From: Candidatus Danuiimicrobium aquiferis
GTDB taxonomy: Bacteria > Omnitrophota > Omnitrophia > Omnitrophales > Danuiimicrobiaceae
Length of the DNA stretch: 64,000 nucleotides
Reading direction: 5' to 3'
NCBI GenBank assembly: GCA_001804285.1
Contig: MHFR01000042.1
Span: 78,725 to 142,724, forward strand
Part shown: one piece after another, positions 31,372 through 39,903 of the stretch
How the letters are laid out: each line of letters starts with the position of its first letter
Position numbering within the stretch: position 1 is the stretch's first letter
The notes under the pieces: model-generated
The model's database searches: none
Told to the model about the DNA's origin: nothing
Seen by the model: only the letters and a program-made list of their open reading frames with translations
Translations under genes and position numbers: made by a program

Positions 31372-31698
31372 CTAGTAATTTTGGTTTAAAAAATCTTGAA
31401 TTTTCTCGGCCTCATTGGCGTTGATAAACCCATCCTGGTTTGTGTCGTATTTTTTGACGAATTTTTGTTTTGTAACAGCCGATTTTCCGTCGGAATTTAC
31501 TTGGTCAACGACGCTTTGTAATGTTTTTTTGACAAATGCGTCATATTTGGTTTGATTGAAAGCGTTTGCATTTCCAATGAAAGTGCCAAATACCATGACG
31601 AGTAGCGTGATAGAAATGATCATTGTTTTCATGTTGGTTCTCCTTTGTTGGTTTGTTAAAAAGCGCGAATCATTTTTGTTCACAATTTTATTGGACAA
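31372..31698 (-). CDS. Small secreted EF-hand calcium-binding protein
   Basis: Signal-peptide-like N-terminus; canonical EF-hand loop DTNQDGFINANE. Confidence 0.5.
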   Translation of the reverse strand: MSNKIVNKNDSRFLTNQQRRTNMKTMIISITLLVMVFGTFIGNANAFNQTKYDAFVKKTLQSVVDQVNSDGKSAVTKQKFVKKYDTNQDGFINANEAEKIQDFLNQNY

Positions 31699-32200
31699 TA
31701 GGATTGTTTTCAGGGATACCTCCTTCGGCAGGTTTTTTTGTATTTTGTAAATTAGCGTAAACTTCTTGTCCTAAAACATTTTTTGCCAATACGTCTTTAT
31801 CTTCTCCGTTATCAAAATCGTATTCCATGACGGCGAGAATTTTGATAGCGGTTGGTAATCCTTGGGAAAAACCGGGGGTTTGCTTTAGGAGTTGGCTTAC
31901 CCCGTCAACGTAAAACTCTGCCGGTTTCCGGAGGATTGCTTTTTCGCGTATTTTAAATAACTCAATCGTGGTTTGAACGGCTTTCAGTTTATAAGCGGGC
32001 AAAATGTCGTTCCAGTTTTTTAATGTGCTCATTAATTCATTCATCATCAGCTGATAAATGGCAGGATTGATTTTTTCTTTGCTATTGTCTGGTTGGCGAG
32101 AAGCTTCTTTTTCAATCAGTTTGTTTGATTCGCCGGGTTTCTGTTCAGAACACGAAACCAGCGCGAAGCTTATCATGACTATCCATATGAATATTTGCAT
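31688..32200 (-). CDS. Hypothetical lipoprotein (start at MQIFIW..., lipobox LVSC)
   Basis: Signal peptide plus LVSC lipobox; the track ORF is 5'-extended to 32251. Confidence 0.4.
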   Translation of the reverse strand: MQIFIWIVMISFALVSCSEQKPGESNKLIEKEASRQPDNSKEKINPAIYQLMMNELMSTLKNWNDILPAYKLKAVQTTIELFKIREKAILRKPAEFYVDGVSQLLKQTPGFSQGLPTAIKILAVMEYDFDNGEDKDVLAKNVLGQEVYANLQNTKKPAEGGIPENNPIVQ

Positions 32201-32227
32201 ATAACCGCCTTTTTGCTTTTGGCCTAA

Positions 32228-32275
32228 CCCGACTTCCTCATCGATTCGCAAAATCGATGAGGAAGTCGGGTTAAT
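32228..32275. repeat. Mini-copy: terminal hairpin of the MITE-like family only (AACCCGACTTCCTCATCGATTCGCAAAATCGATGAGGAAGTCGGGTTA)
   Basis: Perfect 20-bp stem; same terminal sequence as the family. Confidence 0.7.
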
Positions 32276-32284
32276 TTCTTATTG

Positions 32285-32345
32285 GCTAATAATATGCCAC
32301 ATGGATCATGAAGTTAACGTGACGGAAAAATGAATTTTTCTTCAT
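32285..32345 (+). promoter_or_regulatory. Conserved ~60-nt motif (ATGCCACA...CATGAAGTT...TGACGGAAAAAT..TTTTCTTCATTTCC) upstream of the response-regulator/histidine-kinase operon; a second copy lies at 36010-36070 upstream of nfeD
   Basis: Two near-identical copies found by eye; a third partial GAAATGACGGCAAAAC at 36207-36222. Confidence 0.4.
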
Positions 32346-32498
32346 TTTCCATACGAAAAACAGAGTCGAAAGAGGGTTTTAATAGGCTTTCAAATTCACG
32401 CCGTGTTATAATAAAAACGCGTAACGAAAAACGTCATTATCCTCAGTTTCGATAGCTTTATTTTGATGGGTAATGACTATCAGGTTAAGGAAATCCAC

Positions 32499-33179
32499 AT
32501 GCGTATTTTAATTATTGAAGACGAAGAAAAAGTAGCACGGTTTGTCAAAGAGGGATTGGAAGAAAATAATTTTTCGGTTGATATTGCACATGACGGTGAA
32601 CAAGGTTTGTTTTTGGCCCAAAACGAAAAGTATGACGCTATTATTTTAGATTTAACCCTTCCTAAACGGGATGGTCTGGACATTTTGAAAACGCTCCGTA
32701 CGCAAGGCCATTCAGTTCCTGTTTTGTGTCTTACGGCAAGAGGCAAATTAGAGGAAAAACTTGCGGGATTTAATGCGGGTTCGGATGATTATCTTGTGAA
32801 ACCTTTTCGTTTTGCGGAACTTCTTGCGCGGGTTAGAGCATTGATTAAACGGGTTTATCAAATGGTGCCTAATACCCAGTTGAAAATCGAGGATTTATGC
32901 TTGGATCAGCTGACTAGGAAAGTGACGAGAGGGAGTCGTGAAATTTTTTTGACGGCAAAAGAATACGCAATTTTGGAGTACTTGATGCTGAATGCCGGAC
33001 AAATTGTTACCCGGACCATGATTTCGGAAACAGCGTGGGACTACAATTTCGGATCGATGTCAAACGTCATTGATGTTCATGTGAAGCGGCTTCGCGAAAA
33101 AATCGACGGAGATGAGAAAGAAAAATTGATACATACAGTCAGGGGTGCAGGGTATGCTCTTAAAAAAGCGGAAATTTGA
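32499..33179 (+). CDS. OmpR-family two-component response regulator (start at MRILIIEDE)
   Basis: Receiver domain with conserved Asp; C-terminal winged-helix (trans_reg_C-like). Confidence 0.85.
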   Translation: MRILIIEDEEKVARFVKEGLEENNFSVDIAHDGEQGLFLAQNEKYDAIILDLTLPKRDGLDILKTLRTQGHSVPVLCLTARGKLEEKLAGFNAGSDDYLVKPFRFAELLARVRALIKRVYQMVPNTQLKIEDLCLDQLTRKVTRGSREIFLTAKEYAILEYLMLNAGQIVTRTMISETAWDYNFGSMSNVIDVHVKRLREKIDGDEKEKLIHTVRGAGYALKKAEI

Positions 33180-34605
33180 AAAATTCACATTCAAAAGTGT
33201 TGGTTGGAAACTAACGTTTTGGCATGCTGCGGTATTCTTAGTTTCGATCGTTTTGCTGGCTTCGTATTTGTACTACCGGCTCGAAACAAAATTATACCGA
33301 GAAGGGGATTTTTATTTGGCTGACGAAACGAATGAATTTGTTCAATTTGTCACTGACCATAAAGAGGATCTTCGCGCGATTGAACATCAAATACAAAAGG
33401 AAACGGTTGCGATCCGGAAATATTATCAAATGTACTATGCCGTCGTAAGTTCCGGCGGGAAAGTTATTCTGGAATCAAGCGAATTCACGCCATTTATCCA
33501 CGGAACAAAGCCCGTTGTTTCATCGGCCGTTGCGGATGCTGTCGTCCGGGAGTATGCGTTGGGAACCGCGGCTGACATGTATCATGTCAGAGTCGTCACG
33601 CATTCTATTTATAAAGGCGAAGACCTTTTGTATTATGTTCAAGTCGGGATGAACCTTTCACAGTTGGAAGCGACCTTACTGGATTACCGGCAGATTTTGA
33701 TTTATGCGATTCCTTTGTTTTTTATGGTTTCTTTGGGGGGCGGTTATTTTTTGGCGCGGCGCACGATGAAACCGATTTCTGAAATTATGAAGACCGCGAA
33801 ATCAATCACCGCGTCCAATTTAAGCGAGAAGTTTCATATCCGCGGAACGGGAGATGAGTTTGATGAGCTATCGAGGACATTTAACGAAATGATTGAACGG
33901 CTTGAGGAGGCGTATCGTAAACTGTCACGCTTTTCGCAAGATGTTGCTCATGAGTTGCGGACGCCGATTACAGCTTTGATCGGAGAAGTCGAAATTGCGC
34001 TCGCAAAAGAAAGAACGAATCAAGATTATAAAACGGTTCTTTTGAGTAATTTAGAAGAACTGATTCGTTTGATGCGTTTGACGGAAAATTTGCTTTTATT
34101 TTCTCAGGACGGCAGTCAACTTGAAGTTAAAGAAGTAAATCTTAACGATGTTATTTTAGATGCAGTGGAATTGTTCCGGCCGGTTGCCGAAGAAAGAAAT
34201 GTCATACTTAAGATGGATACTGTTACCCAAATATTTTTTGTCCGGGGAAATAAATCGCATTTCGAACAAGTTCTTTCAAACTTGCTTGATAATGCGATTC
34301 GTTATAACCGGCCGGGAAGCGATGTGTCGGTGTCGCTCAATCAAGTTGACGAATTTGTCGAGCTCGTAGTTGCCGATCGGGGAATCGGAATCCCGGAGAA
34401 TGAACAAGGGAAAATTTTTGATCGTTTTTACCGGGGAGAATCTTCCGAGGTGCGCAGCGCCGGCGGAACAGGGCTTGGTTTAAGCATTGTCCGGTCGATT
34501 GTCGAAGGGTTCGGCGGTACGATTACGGTAGCAAGCCAGTCCGGTGTGGGAAGCGCTTTTACTGTCCGATTTCCTGTGTGTCATTCCGAGTTGGCGGCGG
34601 TTTGA
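33145..34605 (+). CDS. Sensor histidine kinase (2 TM, HAMP, HisKA, HATPase_c)
   Basis: H-box HELRTPIT; N, G1 and G2 boxes (DNAIRY, DRGIGIP, GGTGLGLSIV); overlaps the regulator gene. Confidence 0.85.
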   Translation: MQGMLLKKRKFEKFTFKSVGWKLTFWHAAVFLVSIVLLASYLYYRLETKLYREGDFYLADETNEFVQFVTDHKEDLRAIEHQIQKETVAIRKYYQMYYAVVSSGGKVILESSEFTPFIHGTKPVVSSAVADAVVREYALGTAADMYHVRVVTHSIYKGEDLLYYVQVGMNLSQLEATLLDYRQILIYAIPLFFMVSLGGGYFLARRTMKPISEIMKTAKSITASNLSEKFHIRGTGDEFDELSRTFNEMIERLEEAYRKLSRFSQDVAHELRTPITALIGEVEIALAKERTNQDYKTVLLSNLEELIRLMRLTENLLLFSQDGSQLEVKEVNLNDVILDAVELFRPVAEERNVILKMDTVTQIFFVRGNKSHFEQVLSNLLDNAIRYNRPGSDVSVSLNQVDEFVELVVADRGIGIPENEQGKIFDRFYRGESSEVRSAGGTGLGLSIVRSIVEGFGGTITVASQSGVGSAFTVRFPVCHSELAAV

Positions 34606-34781
34606 TTTCAATTTCGATACCCCTTCCAAATGTACGGTTTAACAACTCAAGGACAGCGTTAAGCTCAAAAAAGGGGACAGGTTTTGACGCCATTGAACCA
34701 GAACCTGATCCCTTTTTTCTATTCGATTCGTTTCAAAGGGATATACATCCGTACAGGGTGCTGCGGTGAGGGGACCGGGGA

Positions 34782-35945
34782 TTAATTCAAAAAGACCGGT
34801 TGTATGAATGCGATTTTTTTCTTGGAATTTGTGATTTTCCCTCTGATATAAATTTCATCACCACGCGGAATATATGTGGCTTTTTTCCCTTCAACTGATT
34901 TCAAAATGCGGCCCTTGGCACCAATGAATTCGATGAAATATAAAACCCCGGGTTCCGGTTGTACTTCAATTTTCAATTCTGCAGATTTGGAAAAATCGAG
35001 CGTTTTTAGTTGAATCCCATTAGTGGCATAGAAATTTCCATTTTCTATCGCAGCCATGATAGCTTCAGGCGTTAGTTCTTCCGTTTTCGCCCAAATCCAA
35101 CGAGTCCCCGGGACTAGAATATCTTTGTAAGTAAAATCATCATAAGGGTCGTTTAACTGAACCTGTTCCGGGTGATCATATGTTTTAAATAAGTGGGCAT
35201 CGTCAACAGCAAGGCCGTAAAGCCGACGCTTTGAGGTCAGTAATTGGTCCCACATATTTTCCGAGAGATAATCGCCGTGGGCCGGGCTCATTAATTCAAA
35301 CAGATTAAGCCCACGGATTTTTTTAACTTCGTTTGCGGAAAATGCGACAGAAGGGTGATTGAGGACTGCGACTCCACCACCGCTTCGGATTTGCTGCATC
35401 ACATTTTCGATTCGTGAACGGTTTTTAAGAAGATAAAGCATCCGTCGAATATCTTTTCTCTCAGGATATTTGATTAATAGCGCCCGCGAGAAAGCTTTCC
35501 ATTTTTCCGAATCTTCGGCATCCGGGTTGTAGATAATTGGTGCTTTTAAGTTCAGGGCATTCATATGTATGTGATGCTGTCGTTCGATGGAGATTTCAGT
35601 CCCCGGGATAACAAGCATTTGATGCTTGCCATTTTTTTTTATCATGGTTTTCAAAGGCGGTTGATCATGGTCGGTAATCGCAATAAAATCATACTGATGG
35701 TCAAAATACCATTGAATGACTTCTTCCGTGGAAGTATCTCCGCCCGGTGCGCGGTTGGAATGCGCGTGGACATTGCCCTTAAACCATTTCATTTCAGCCG
35801 ATTGGCAAGGAAGGCTCAGCATACCACTTAAAAGGTAAGTTGTAATAGCAAGCGGCAATATAAGATAGAAGCGGTGCGCGCTGAAAAATAGCAAGGTCAA
35901 AACGGCCTTTTTCTTGCGGATTGAATTAGGCGATAACGGGTACAA
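34782..35945 (-). CDS. Secreted PHP-domain / CehA-like metal-dependent phosphoesterase candidate
   Basis: N-terminal signal peptide; HAHS...DH metal-binding motifs (GNVHAHSN, ITDHDQ). Confidence 0.5.
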   Translation of the reverse strand: MYPLSPNSIRKKKAVLTLLFFSAHRFYLILPLAITTYLLSGMLSLPCQSAEMKWFKGNVHAHSNRAPGGDTSTEEVIQWYFDHQYDFIAITDHDQPPLKTMIKKNGKHQMLVIPGTEISIERQHHIHMNALNLKAPIIYNPDAEDSEKWKAFSRALLIKYPERKDIRRMLYLLKNRSRIENVMQQIRSGGGVAVLNHPSVAFSANEVKKIRGLNLFELMSPAHGDYLSENMWDQLLTSKRRLYGLAVDDAHLFKTYDHPEQVQLNDPYDDFTYKDILVPGTRWIWAKTEELTPEAIMAAIENGNFYATNGIQLKTLDFSKSAELKIEVQPEPGVLYFIEFIGAKGRILKSVEGKKATYIPRGDEIYIRGKITNSKKKIAFIQPVFLN

Positions 35946-36231
35946 TTGAATTTGTCTCCTGTTGTGAAACCGCCTTTTTGTTTTTTTAATTTCTTTTTTT
36001 ATTCATAATAATTATGCCACACTCATCATGAAGTTGAAATGACGGAAAAATTAAATTTTCTTCATTTCCGCCATAAGCGGATAACCTCCGCGCATAGATT
36101 TGCCGCAGAAGATAGGAAAAAATAAAAGTTTCACCGCGCATGATTAGGATTATAATATTTATTATGTTTTAGGATAGCAACGCGTTAAGGTAAAGAGTTA
36201 AAATAGAAATGACGGCAAAACAATTCCTTCT

Positions 36232-37704
36232 ATGAAATATCGCTACAAACCCGATTCTTTTTTCGTTGCTTTGATTGCGCATTTTTTGTTTTACGGATTC
36301 ATTTTGTTAACGTCACAACCATGCTTTTCTGCCGAAACCGGGCAGGTTAACGTCATAGCGCTGGATGATGCGACGATTAATCCCGTGACCGCCGCTTACA
36401 TTACGAAAGCGATCGATCGTGCGGCTGAAGATAGGTCAGAATGCCTGATCATTAAATTGGATACGCCAGGCGGGTTAGTTACATCGACGCGCGAAATTGT
36501 GAAGAAAATGATGTCTTCAACCATTCCCGTTGTGGTTTATGTGGCTCCGTCGGGTGCGCGAGCGGGTTCGGCTGGTGTTTTCATTACTTACGCGAGCCAT
36601 GTCGCGGCGATGGCGCCGTCGACCAATATCGGCGCGGCACATCCGGTTGAGGTGGGCGGTGGCGGAGACCGGACACGGAATGTTTGGGATGCGGTCCGCG
36701 ATTTATTGGATTTGTATTCAAAGAAACTTTCAAAAGAATTCGGCGGGAAACAAATTCCCCAAGGCGAAACGAAGGAGAGCGAGGCAAGTCCGCCTGCGGG
36801 CGAGGCAAGCAATCAGGATATTTTGAGCGGCAAAATTTTAAACGATACGCTTGCGTTTATTAAGGCGATTGCGGTCGAACGGAACCGGAATGTTGAGTGG
36901 GCGGTGAAAGCCGTTCGGGAAAGCGCATCCATTACGGAAACGGAAGCCAAACAAACCGGCGTAATTGAAATCATCGCGAAAGAAGAACAGGATCTTTTGA
37001 CGCAGCTGGATGGGCGGGTTGTGAAAGTTGCGGGGCAGGAAAAAATACTTAAAACTTTGAATGTGGTCGTGAAAGAAATTCCCATGAGTTTGAGTGAGCG
37101 GATTTTGAATGTGCTCGCCCACCCGAACATTGCTTATATTTTCATGATGCTCGGGTTTTACGGACTTCTGTTTGAAGTGACGCATCCCGGGACCGGTATC
37201 CCCGGAATTTTAGGAACGATTTTTATTGTCATTGCCTTTTTCAGTATGCAGATGCTCCCGACCAATTATGCGGGCTTGGCGTTAATTATTTTGGCAATTG
37301 TGTTATTCATTGCTGACGTGAAGGTCCCCGGTTTTGGTTTTTTTACGCTTGCCGGTTTGGTTTCGCTCGTTTTGGGGTCGCTTCTTCTGTTTCAATCTCA
37401 AGATGAAGTGATGAGGCTCTCGATGTCGATCGTGATGTCTTTTGCGATCGCAACGGCGATGATTACAACCGCGCTGGTAAGGCTTGTGTTTTTGTCTCAC
37501 CGGAGGAAAATTAAAAGTGGGAAAGAAGCAATGATCGGCGAAATGGGTGAGGCATTTTCGGATTTTAAACCAAACGGCGAAGGAAAAGTGTTCATCGTCG
37601 GCGAAATTTGGGATGCGGTTTCGAAAGATGAATTACGGAAAGGGGATAAAGTTAAGATATTGAAGGTGAAAGGGTTGATGTTGGAAGTGGAGAAAGTCAA
37701 ATGA
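36232..37704 (+). CDS. NfeD-like membrane-bound ClpP-class serine protease with C-terminal OB-fold
   Basis: ClpP-like N-domain (TPGGLV...), multi-TM middle, soluble beta-rich C-terminal domain; paired with a stomatin gene downstream. Confidence 0.8.
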   Translation: MKYRYKPDSFFVALIAHFLFYGFILLTSQPCFSAETGQVNVIALDDATINPVTAAYITKAIDRAAEDRSECLIIKLDTPGGLVTSTREIVKKMMSSTIPVVVYVAPSGARAGSAGVFITYASHVAAMAPSTNIGAAHPVEVGGGGDRTRNVWDAVRDLLDLYSKKLSKEFGGKQIPQGETKESEASPPAGEASNQDILSGKILNDTLAFIKAIAVERNRNVEWAVKAVRESASITETEAKQTGVIEIIAKEEQDLLTQLDGRVVKVAGQEKILKTLNVVVKEIPMSLSERILNVLAHPNIAYIFMMLGFYGLLFEVTHPGTGIPGILGTIFIVIAFFSMQMLPTNYAGLALIILAIVLFIADVKVPGFGFFTLAGLVSLVLGSLLLFQSQDEVMRLSMSIVMSFAIATAMITTALVRLVFLSHRRKIKSGKEAMIGEMGEAFSDFKPNGEGKVFIVGEIWDAVSKDELRKGDKVKILKVKGLMLEVEKVK

Positions 37705-37743
37705 ACGCGCGATCTTACGGAACGTAAGTCGCTGCGTGAATTT

Positions 37744-37851
37744 GATCCCCGAATGTCTTTATCGGGGAACCATGTTTATTAGATTCCCGCTAACCCCGGA
37801 AAAACTGGGGCCGGTCCTTTCTTTCCCAAGGGGAGCATGCGGGAATGACAC
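37744..37851. repeat. Paired-hairpin element with long-loop variant between nfeD and the stomatin gene
   Basis: GATCCCCGA..TCGGGGAAC then GATTCCCGC taaccccgg...ggggagcat GCGGGAATGAC; a compensatory stem change relative to the 21171 copy. Confidence 0.8.
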
Positions 37852-37912
37852 AAAAACTGTAACGAGAGTAATTAAAAGAAAACACAATAATTTTTAACAT
37901 CAGGAGGTTCAC

Positions 37913-38656
37913 ATGCCGCCAGTTTTAGTGATTGTCGGAGTGGTTGTTTTTTATCTGTTAAGTTCGATCAAGATTATCAATGAATATGAACGCGCCGTGA
38001 TTTTTCGTTTAGGGCGCGTGCTCGATCAGCCGAAAGGGCCGGGCGTTATTTTCGTATTTGCACCGATTGACCGCGCGGTGAAAGTCAATTTGCAGGTGAT
38101 GACGCTTGATATTCCGCCGCAGGATGTGATCACGAAAGATAATATTTCGGCCAAAATTAACGCCGTCACTTATTTTCGCGTGGTGGATCCGATTAAAGCA
38201 ACCGTTGCCGTTCAAAATTATCAGTATGCCATTTCACAAATGGCGCAGACGACGCTCCGAAGCGTGACCGGACAGCTCGATCTGGATGAAATATTGTCAC
38301 AACGCGAAAAAATAAATGAACAATTGCAAACGATCCTTGACCATCAAACCGATCCGTGGGGAATTAAAGTAACAAATGTCGAGCTCAAACATCTCGACCT
38401 ATCGGAAGATCTTCGCCGTGCGATGGCCCGCCAGGCAGAAGCTGAACGAGAACGCCGCGCAAAAGTGATTGCCGCGGAAGGTGAATTTCAGGCCGCTGAG
38501 AAAATTGTCGCTGCCGCAAAACTCATGGAAGCGAGTCCGATGTCGCTTCAGCTCCGGTATTTGCAAACGCTTGTCGAAATCGGAAACGATACGCAGACGA
38601 AAACATTAATTCCGATTCCGATTGATTTGATGAAAATGCTGGGCGGGAGTAAATAG
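37913..38656 (+). CDS. SPFH/band 7 (stomatin/prohibitin-like) protein
   Basis: N-terminal TM helix; SPFH core ([11 protein letters not shown]...), C-terminal coiled coil. Confidence 0.85.
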   Translation: MPPVLVIVGVVVFYLLSSIKIINEYERAVIFRLGRVLDQPKGPGVIFVFAPIDRAVKVNLQVMTLDIPPQDVITKDNISAKINAVTYFRVVDPIKATVAVQNYQYAISQMAQTTLRSVTGQLDLDEILSQREKINEQLQTILDHQTDPWGIKVTNVELKHLDLSEDLRRAMARQAEAERERRAKVIAAEGEFQAAEKIVAAAKLMEASPMSLQLRYLQTLVEIGNDTQTKTLIPIPIDLMKMLGGSK

Positions 38657-38678
38657 GCTGCCACGTTCTCTGCTAAAA

Positions 38679-38733
38679 TAAAAAAAAGGACAGTACCCTT
38701 TTTGCATAGCAAACAGGGTACTGTCCTTTTTAA
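38679..38733. terminator. Bidirectional rho-independent terminator between the convergent stomatin gene and the 38761 gene
   Basis: AAAAAAAGGACAGTACCC ttttgcatagcaaac GGGTACTGTCCTTTTT: 13-bp GC-containing stem flanked by A and T tracts. Confidence 0.8.
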
Positions 38734-38760
38734 TTATTATTTCAAAATTTTTAGAATCAG

Positions 38761-39270
38761 TTACGTTTGATCCGTCGGATTTTGTCCGAACGGGTTGTTC
38801 TGATAGGGAGGATTGGGGTTGTTGTCCGGAGAAATGGGCTGATACGGGTTGCTTGGCGGAGTGGCAGGATTTTGCGTTTGGGTTGTTTGGGTTGTTGTTG
38901 ATGGGGTAGCGGTTTTTGACTTTGTGCTTTTTTGGGTGGATTTTGATTTTAACGCTCCAGAGCCTGACCCTGAGCTTGCACCGGTATTTTTGAGGAACCA
39001 GTAATAACCTTTGGATCCCGCGTCTGATTTTGTATTCCACGTTGATTTTGAAGTGCCTGCATTTTGAAGGCCCGGAGTTGTTTGAGAAGCAGTAGTAGCT
39101 GTGGAACCGGGGGCTGTCGAATCGGGCTGCGTTGTCCCTTGCGGCTGAGGATTGCCGGTATCGGAAAGGCCGCCCAGAGGATTGTTGTTAGAGTCTCCTA
39201 AACAGAATGCCGCCGGAGTGCATACTATAATTCCGAGAAATATAAAGATAACAAACGTGAATATTTTCAT
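38761..39270 (-). CDS. Secreted low-complexity Thr/Ser/Pro/Gln-rich protein
   Basis: Signal peptide then a compositionally biased T/S/P/Q/N-rich sequence; could partly be compositional artefact. Confidence 0.4.
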   Translation of the reverse strand: MKIFTFVIFIFLGIIVCTPAAFCLGDSNNNPLGGLSDTGNPQPQGTTQPDSTAPGSTATTASQTTPGLQNAGTSKSTWNTKSDAGSKGYYWFLKNTGASSGSGSGALKSKSTQKSTKSKTATPSTTTQTTQTQNPATPPSNPYQPISPDNNPNPPYQNNPFGQNPTDQT

Positions 39271-39321
39271 AAAATGACCCCTTCAATAGATAACATGAAA
39301 AAAGGGGATTTGCAAGGGAGA

Positions 39322-39349
39322 AGTAGGGGCAATTCATGAATTGCCCCTA
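39322..39349. repeat. REP palindrome GTAGGGGCAATTCATGAATTGCCCCTAC (canonical copy) downstream of the RAYT gene
   Basis: Perfect 28-bp palindrome with 5' GTAG. Confidence 0.9.
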
Positions 39350-39375
39350 CAAAACGGCAAATAAAATGTCAAAGG

Positions 39376-39903
39376 TTAATGAAGGTATTCTGGATCCGAT
39401 TCCCATTTGAGAGGATTTTCTTGAATATATTTTCGATATTCAAATAATTCGTTTTCGTTGCGGATGATGTGTTCGTAATAATTACGTTGCCAGACAGGGG
39501 TGCCGGGGGTATCCCGAAGACGGTTGATTTGTTTGGCGGTGTTCATTTTCAAATATCCGATAATTTTTGATAATAACATATTCCGTCGTTTTGGACGGGT
39601 GGTTTGTAGGGGCAATTCATGAATTGCCCCTACGGATGCGGTATTATCGGGTGAGATGTAAATGATTCCATGGATATGGTCAGGCATCATGATGAATTCG
39701 TCGGTTTTAATATTTTGAAAACGATGTTCCAATTCATTCCATATTTTTGGGACCATAACACCAAAACAGCTCGGGACAAATTCGCTGTTTTTCATATGTC
39801 CCAATAAATATTGACGATCTCGTGTGCATATTGTAACAAAGTAATAACCTGATGATGAGTAATCCCAGTATTTTAACCGCAGAGTTTTGCGATTATTCGT
39901 CAT
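39376..39903 (-). CDS. REP-associated tyrosine transposase (RAYT, IS200/IS605 Y1 HUH family); start at 39903, overlapping the upstream stop as ATGA
   Basis: YYFVTICTRDRQ (cf. RAYT YFFTVNT), HUH motif PDHIHGII, catalytic Tyr motif WQRNYYEHIIRNE. A REP palindrome is embedded in frame at 39606-39633. Confidence 0.8.
   Translation of the reverse strand: MTNNRKTLRLKYWDYSSSGYYFVTICTRDRQYLLGHMKNSEFVPSCFGVMVPKIWNELEHRFQNIKTDEFIMMPDHIHGIIYISPDNTASVGAIHELPLQTTRPKRRNMLLSKIIGYLKMNTAKQINRLRDTPGTPVWQRNYYEHIIRNENELFEYRKYIQENPLKWESDPEYLH
39606..39633. repeat. REP palindrome identical to 39322, inside the RAYT coding sequence in frame (encodes VGAIHELPL)
   Basis: Exact 28-bp match; the reading frame is maintained. 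Confidence 0.9.
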
